DNA of 64,000 nt from Escherichia coli (GTDB lineage: Bacteria > Pseudomonadota > Gammaproteobacteria > Enterobacterales > Enterobacteriaceae): NCBI RefSeq assembly GCF_041248615.1, contig NZ_CP158426.1; one strand, 5' to 3'. Shown one piece after another: positions 60,413 to 64,000 of this stretch. Position 1 is the stretch's first letter; every line of letters starts with the position of its first letter. Made by a program: the position numbers and the translations under genes. The notes under the pieces are model-generated. The model ran no database searches. It was given only the letters and a program-made list of their open reading frames with translations, and had not been told where the DNA came from.

Positions 60413-63232
60413 ATGATCCAGATTGATCTTCCCACGCTGGTAAAACGGCTTAACCTGTTCTCCCGCCAGGCGCTGGAGATGGCCGCCTCTGAATGTATGA
60501 GCCAGCAGGCAGCGGAAATTACCGTCAGCCATGTGCTTATTCAGATGCTCGCCATGCCACGCAGCGACCTGCGGGTTATTACCCGCCAGGGCGATATTGG
60601 CATGGAAGAGTTGCGCCAGGCGCTGACGGTGGAGAACTACACAACTGCCCGTTCTGCGGACAGCTACCCGGCATTTTCCCCGATGCTGGTTGAGTGGCTG
60701 AAAGAGGGCTGGCTGCTGGCGTCGGCTGAGATGCAGCACAGCGAATTGCGTGGCGGCGTGTTGCTGCTGGCCCTGCTGCATTCGCCGCTGCGTTATATAC
60801 CGCCTGCTGCCGCCCGGTTGTTGACCGGCATTAACCGTGACCGTCTGCAACAGGACTTTGTACAGTGGACACAGGAGTCGGCGGAATCAGTCGTGCCGGA
60901 TGCAGACGGTAAAGTCGCAGGCACACTGACGGACGCTGCTGACACCCTGCTTGCCCGCTACGCCAAAAACATGACCGCAGACGCCCGTAACGGCAGGCTT
61001 GACCCGGTACTGTGCCGCGACCACGAAATCGACCTGATGATCGACATTCTCTGCCGCCGCCGCAAGAACAACCCGGTGGTGGTGGGCGAAGCAGGCGTGG
61101 GTAAAAGTGCCTTAATCGAAGGGCTGGCGCTGCGCATCGTGGCAGGCCAGGTGCCGGACAAACTGAAAAACACCGATATCATGACCCTTGACCTAGGCGC
61201 ATTGCAGGCCGGGGCGTCGGTGAAGGGCGAATTCGAAAAACGCTTCAAGGGGCTGATGGCGGAGGTCATTTCCTCTCCGGTGCCGGTCATTCTGTTTATT
61301 GACGAAGCACATACCCTGATTGGCGCGGGCAACCAGCAGGGCGGGCTGGATATCTCCAACCTGCTCAAACCGGCGCTGGCGCGCGGCGAACTGAAAACCA
61401 TCGCCGCCACCACCTGGAGCGAATACAAAAAATACTTCGAGAAAGATGCCGCCCTGTCGCGCCGCTTCCAGCTGGTGAAGGTCAGCGAACCCAACGCCGC
61501 CGAAGCCACCATTATTCTGCGTGGTCTGTCGGCGGTCTATGAACAGTCTCACGGCGTGCTGATTGATGATGACGCCTTGCAGGCCGCAGCAACGCTGAGC
61601 GAACGTTATCTCTCCGGGCGTCAGTTGCCGGACAAAGCCATTGATGTGCTGGATACCGCCTGCGCCCGCGTCGCCATTAACCTTTCCTCGCCGCCGAAGC
61701 AAATCTCGGCGCTGACCACTCTGAGCCACCAGCAGGAGGCGGAAATTCGCCAGCTTGAGCGCGAGCTTCGCATCGGGCTGCGTACCAACACCTCACGGAT
61801 GACCGAGGTGCTGGTGCAGTACGATGAAACGCTGACGGCGCTGGATGAACTGGAAGCGGCCTGGCATCAGCAGCAGGCGCTGGTCCGGGAGATTATCGCG
61901 CTGCGCCAGCAGTTGCTGGGCGTGGCAGAAGACGATGCGGCGTCGTTGCCGGACGCAGATGCCGCGGAGGATACGCCGCCAGAGTCAGAGTCAGAGTCAG
62001 AGTCAGAGTCAGAGTCAGAGTCAGAGTCAGAGTCAGAGTCAGAGTCAGAACAGGATAATACCGGTGCCGTACCGGCTGATGAGGCCGACAGAGAACAGCC
62101 GGAAGAGACCGCTGAAACAGTTTCCCCGGTACAGCGGCTGGCCCAGCTCACTGCCGAACTGGACGCCCTGCATAACGACCGGTTGCTGGTCTCCCCGCAC
62201 GTCGATAAAAAACAGATTGCGGCGGTGATTGCCGAATGGACCGGCGTGCCGCTCAACCGCCTGTCGCAGAATGAAATGTCGGTCATCACCGACCTGCCGA
62301 AATTGCTGGGCGACACCATCAAAGGCCAAGACCTGGCGATTGCCAGCCTGCATAAGCATCTACTGACCGCACGCGCCGACCTGCGTCTTCCGGGACGCCC
62401 GCTCGGTGCGTTCCTGCTGGCTGGCCCCAGCGGTGTGGGTAAAACCGAAACCGTCCTGCAACTGGCAGAGCTGCTCTACGGCGGTCGCCAGTACCTGACC
62501 ACCATCAATATGTCCGAATTCCAGGAGAAACACACCGTCTCGCGGCTGATTGGTTCGCCTCCGGGCTACGTTGGCTACGGTGAAGGCGGCGTACTGACCG
62601 AAGCGATTCGCCAGAAACCCTACTCGGTAGTACTGCTCGATGAAGTGGAAAAAGCGCACCCGGATGTGCTCAACCTGTTCTACCAGTCGTTCGATAAGGG
62701 CGAAATGGCAGACGGTGAAGGCCGCCTGATTGACTGCAAAAATATCGTCTTCTTCCTGACGTCCAACCTCGGCTACCAGGTAATAGTCGAGCACGCCGAT
62801 GACCCGGAAACCATGCAGGAAGAACTGTATCCGGTGCTGGCCGACTTCTTCAAACCTGCCCTGCTGGCGCGTATGGAAGTGGTGCCGTATCTGCCGCTGT
62901 CGAAAGAGACGCTCGCCACCATTATCGCCGGAAAACTGGCCCGTCTGGATAACGTGCTGCGCAGTCGCTTTGGTGCAGAAGTGGTCATTGAACCGGAAGT
63001 GACGGACGAAATCATGAGCCGCGTCACCCGCGCGGAAAACGGCGCGAGGATGCTGGAATCGGTCATCGATGGCGACATGCTACCGCCGCTCTCGCTGCTG
63101 CTGTTGCAGAAAATGGCGGCTAACACGGCGATTGCCCGGATTCGGTTGTCGGCGGTGGACGACGCATTTACGGCAGACGTGGAAGATGCTCAGAACGACG
63201 AGTCCGTCACAAAGGATGAAACGGTTTTATGA
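60413..63232 (+). CDS. clpV: T6SS AAA+ ATPase ClpV (TssH) carrying an internal (Glu-Ser)11 repeat
   Basis: Two AAA+ modules (GEAGVGKS, GPSGVGKT Walker A); start set to ATG 60413 (AAGGA upstream, just after tssL stop). Confidence 0.95.
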   Translation: MIQIDLPTLVKRLNLFSRQALEMAASECMSQQAAEITVSHVLIQMLAMPRSDLRVITRQGDIGMEELRQALTVENYTTARSADSYPAFSPMLVEWLKEGWLLASAEMQHSELRGGVLLLALLHSPLRYIPPAAARLLTGINRDRLQQDFVQWTQESAESVVPDADGKVAGTLTDAADTLLARYAKNMTADARNGRLDPVLCRDHEIDLMIDILCRRRKNNPVVVGEAGVGKSALIEGLALRIVAGQVPDKLKNTDIMTLDLGALQAGASVKGEFEKRFKGLMAEVISSPVPVILFIDEAHTLIGAGNQQGGLDISNLLKPALARGELKTIAATTWSEYKKYFEKDAALSRRFQLVKVSEPNAAEATIILRGLSAVYEQSHGVLIDDDALQAAATLSERYLSGRQLPDKAIDVLDTACARVAINLSSPPKQISALTTLSHQQEAEIRQLERELRIGLRTNTSRMTEVLVQYDETLTALDELEAAWHQQQALVREIIALRQQLLGVAEDDAASLPDADAAEDTPPESESESESESESESESESESESEQDNTGAVPADEADREQPEETAETVSPVQRLAQLTAELDALHNDRLLVSPHVDKKQIAAVIAEWTGVPLNRLSQNEMSVITDLPKLLGDTIKGQDLAIASLHKHLLTARADLRLPGRPLGAFLLAGPSGVGKTETVLQLAELLYGGRQYLTTINMSEFQEKHTVSRLIGSPPGYVGYGEGGVLTEAIRQKPYSVVLLDEVEKAHPDVLNLFYQSFDKGEMADGEGRLIDCKNIVFFLTSNLGYQVIVEHADDPETMQEELYPVLADFFKPALLARMEVVPYLPLSKETLATIIAGKLARLDNVLRSRFGAEVVIEPEVTDEIMSRVTRAENGARMLESVIDGDMLPPLSLLLLQKMAANTAIARIRLSAVDDAFTADVEDAQNDESVTKDETVL
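61982..62047 (+). repeat. Perfect hexanucleotide tandem repeat (GAGTCA)x11, in frame within clpV
   Basis: Eleven consecutive GAGTCA units counted directly; translated as ESESES... Confidence 0.95.
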
Positions 63233-63972
63233 GCAGGTTGCGCGTTTTCCGGCAGACAGGATGGTTTATCGCGGGCCTGATGACGGGCTTACCCGCCACT
63301 GCCGCGCCCGCAGAAACATCGTCAATGGCCGGTGTGGCGGTCGCCGTCGCCACCACGACCCCGCCGGATGCGACAGCCACGTCACAGGCCATGCAGTCCT
63401 GTCAGCGGGAGTCCGCGGCGCTGGAGCGGCTTGACTGCTATGACCGCCTGCTGGCACCGCTGTCCCCGTCAGGGTTTGACGGGGCGCTGGTCAAAGCCGG
63501 TTTTGTGGGCGAGGCCTGGACCCGCGCCACAGAGCAGGAAAAACGCCGCGAGGGCAACACCACAGAACTGCTGGTGACGCAGGTGCCGGGGGAGCGCCCG
63601 ACGGTGGTGATAACCACCCCGGCTATCGGCCATGTTCCGCCGCGCCCGGTGCTGATGTTCAGTTGCGTGGACAATATCACCCGGATGCAGGTGGCGCTGA
63701 TGCACCCTCTGGATGTCCATGATATCGCCGTCACTCTGAATGCCGACAGCCGGGCATTGCGTAGCCACTGGTTTGTGCGCGAGAACGGCACCCTGCTGGA
63801 GTCCAGCCGGGGGCTGTCCGGGATTGATGAAATTAAGCAACTGTTCGGCGCAAAAACGCTGACAGTGGATACCGGCGCAGATAACGCCGCAGGAAAGCTG
63901 ACCTTTAACATTGACGGGCTGGCAAGGGCGATTGCCCCCCTGCGCGTTGCCTGCCACTGGGCGGGAGAATAA
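63229..63972 (+). CDS. T6SS-associated exported protein (family not firmly assigned)
   Basis: 247 aa; start overlaps clpV stop (ATGA); N-terminal hydrophobic signal-like segment. Confidence 0.5.
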   Translation: MSRLRVFRQTGWFIAGLMTGLPATAAPAETSSMAGVAVAVATTTPPDATATSQAMQSCQRESAALERLDCYDRLLAPLSPSGFDGALVKAGFVGEAWTRATEQEKRREGNTTELLVTQVPGERPTVVITTPAIGHVPPRPVLMFSCVDNITRMQVALMHPLDVHDIAVTLNADSRALRSHWFVRENGTLLESSRGLSGIDEIKQLFGAKTLTVDTGADNAAGKLTFNIDGLARAIAPLRVACHWAGE

Positions 63973-64000
63973 AAATATGGCAATGGACTTACGCGATCCG

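Noticed and set aside
61982-62047. Possible CRISPR-like repeat array
   Set aside because: Units are 6 bp, perfectly tandem with no spacers, and in frame within clpV; this is a coding microsatellite, not CRISPR

Overview
The window reads as an Escherichia coli-type chromosome (REP/BIME repeats; yafL-yafK-yafJ-gmhA-fadE-ivy-yafV core block recognised from memory of K-12) with three regions. All calls are from reading the sequence and the ORF track; no database search was run. (1) 1-31.7 kb: an apparently intact Flag-2 (lateral-flagella-type) cluster: lfgL..lfgB on the minus strand, lfgA, lfgM-lfgN, lafK-lfiEFGHIJ on the minus strand, and lfiMNPQR-lfhBA. Two accessory modules sit inside it: an AT-rich EcoRII-type restriction-modification pair between lfgA and lfgM, and a sigma-54-preceded glycan module (tri-domain glycosyltransferase plus TagD-like cytidylyltransferase). 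(2) 31.8-40.6 kb: conserved core genes, with an IS3-family element inserted into a REP repeat. (3) 40.6-64 kb: IS/H-repeat debris, then a type VI secretion locus: immunity, PAAR-Rhs toxin, vgrG and hcp on the minus strand, a ~700-bp AT-rich divergent control region, then tssB, a short tssC-like fragment ORF, tssC, tssE, tssF, tssG, tagH, tssJ, tssK, tssL, clpV and an exported protein. tssA and tssM are not in the window; a new ORF begins at 63976 (MAMDLRDP...) and runs off the end. The most unusual items are the R-M module splitting the flagellar cluster, the glycerol-phosphate-type glycan module in Flag-2, the Rhs toxin tip of unrecognised family, the tssC N-terminal paralog fragment, and an in-frame (GAGTCA)11 repeat in clpV.
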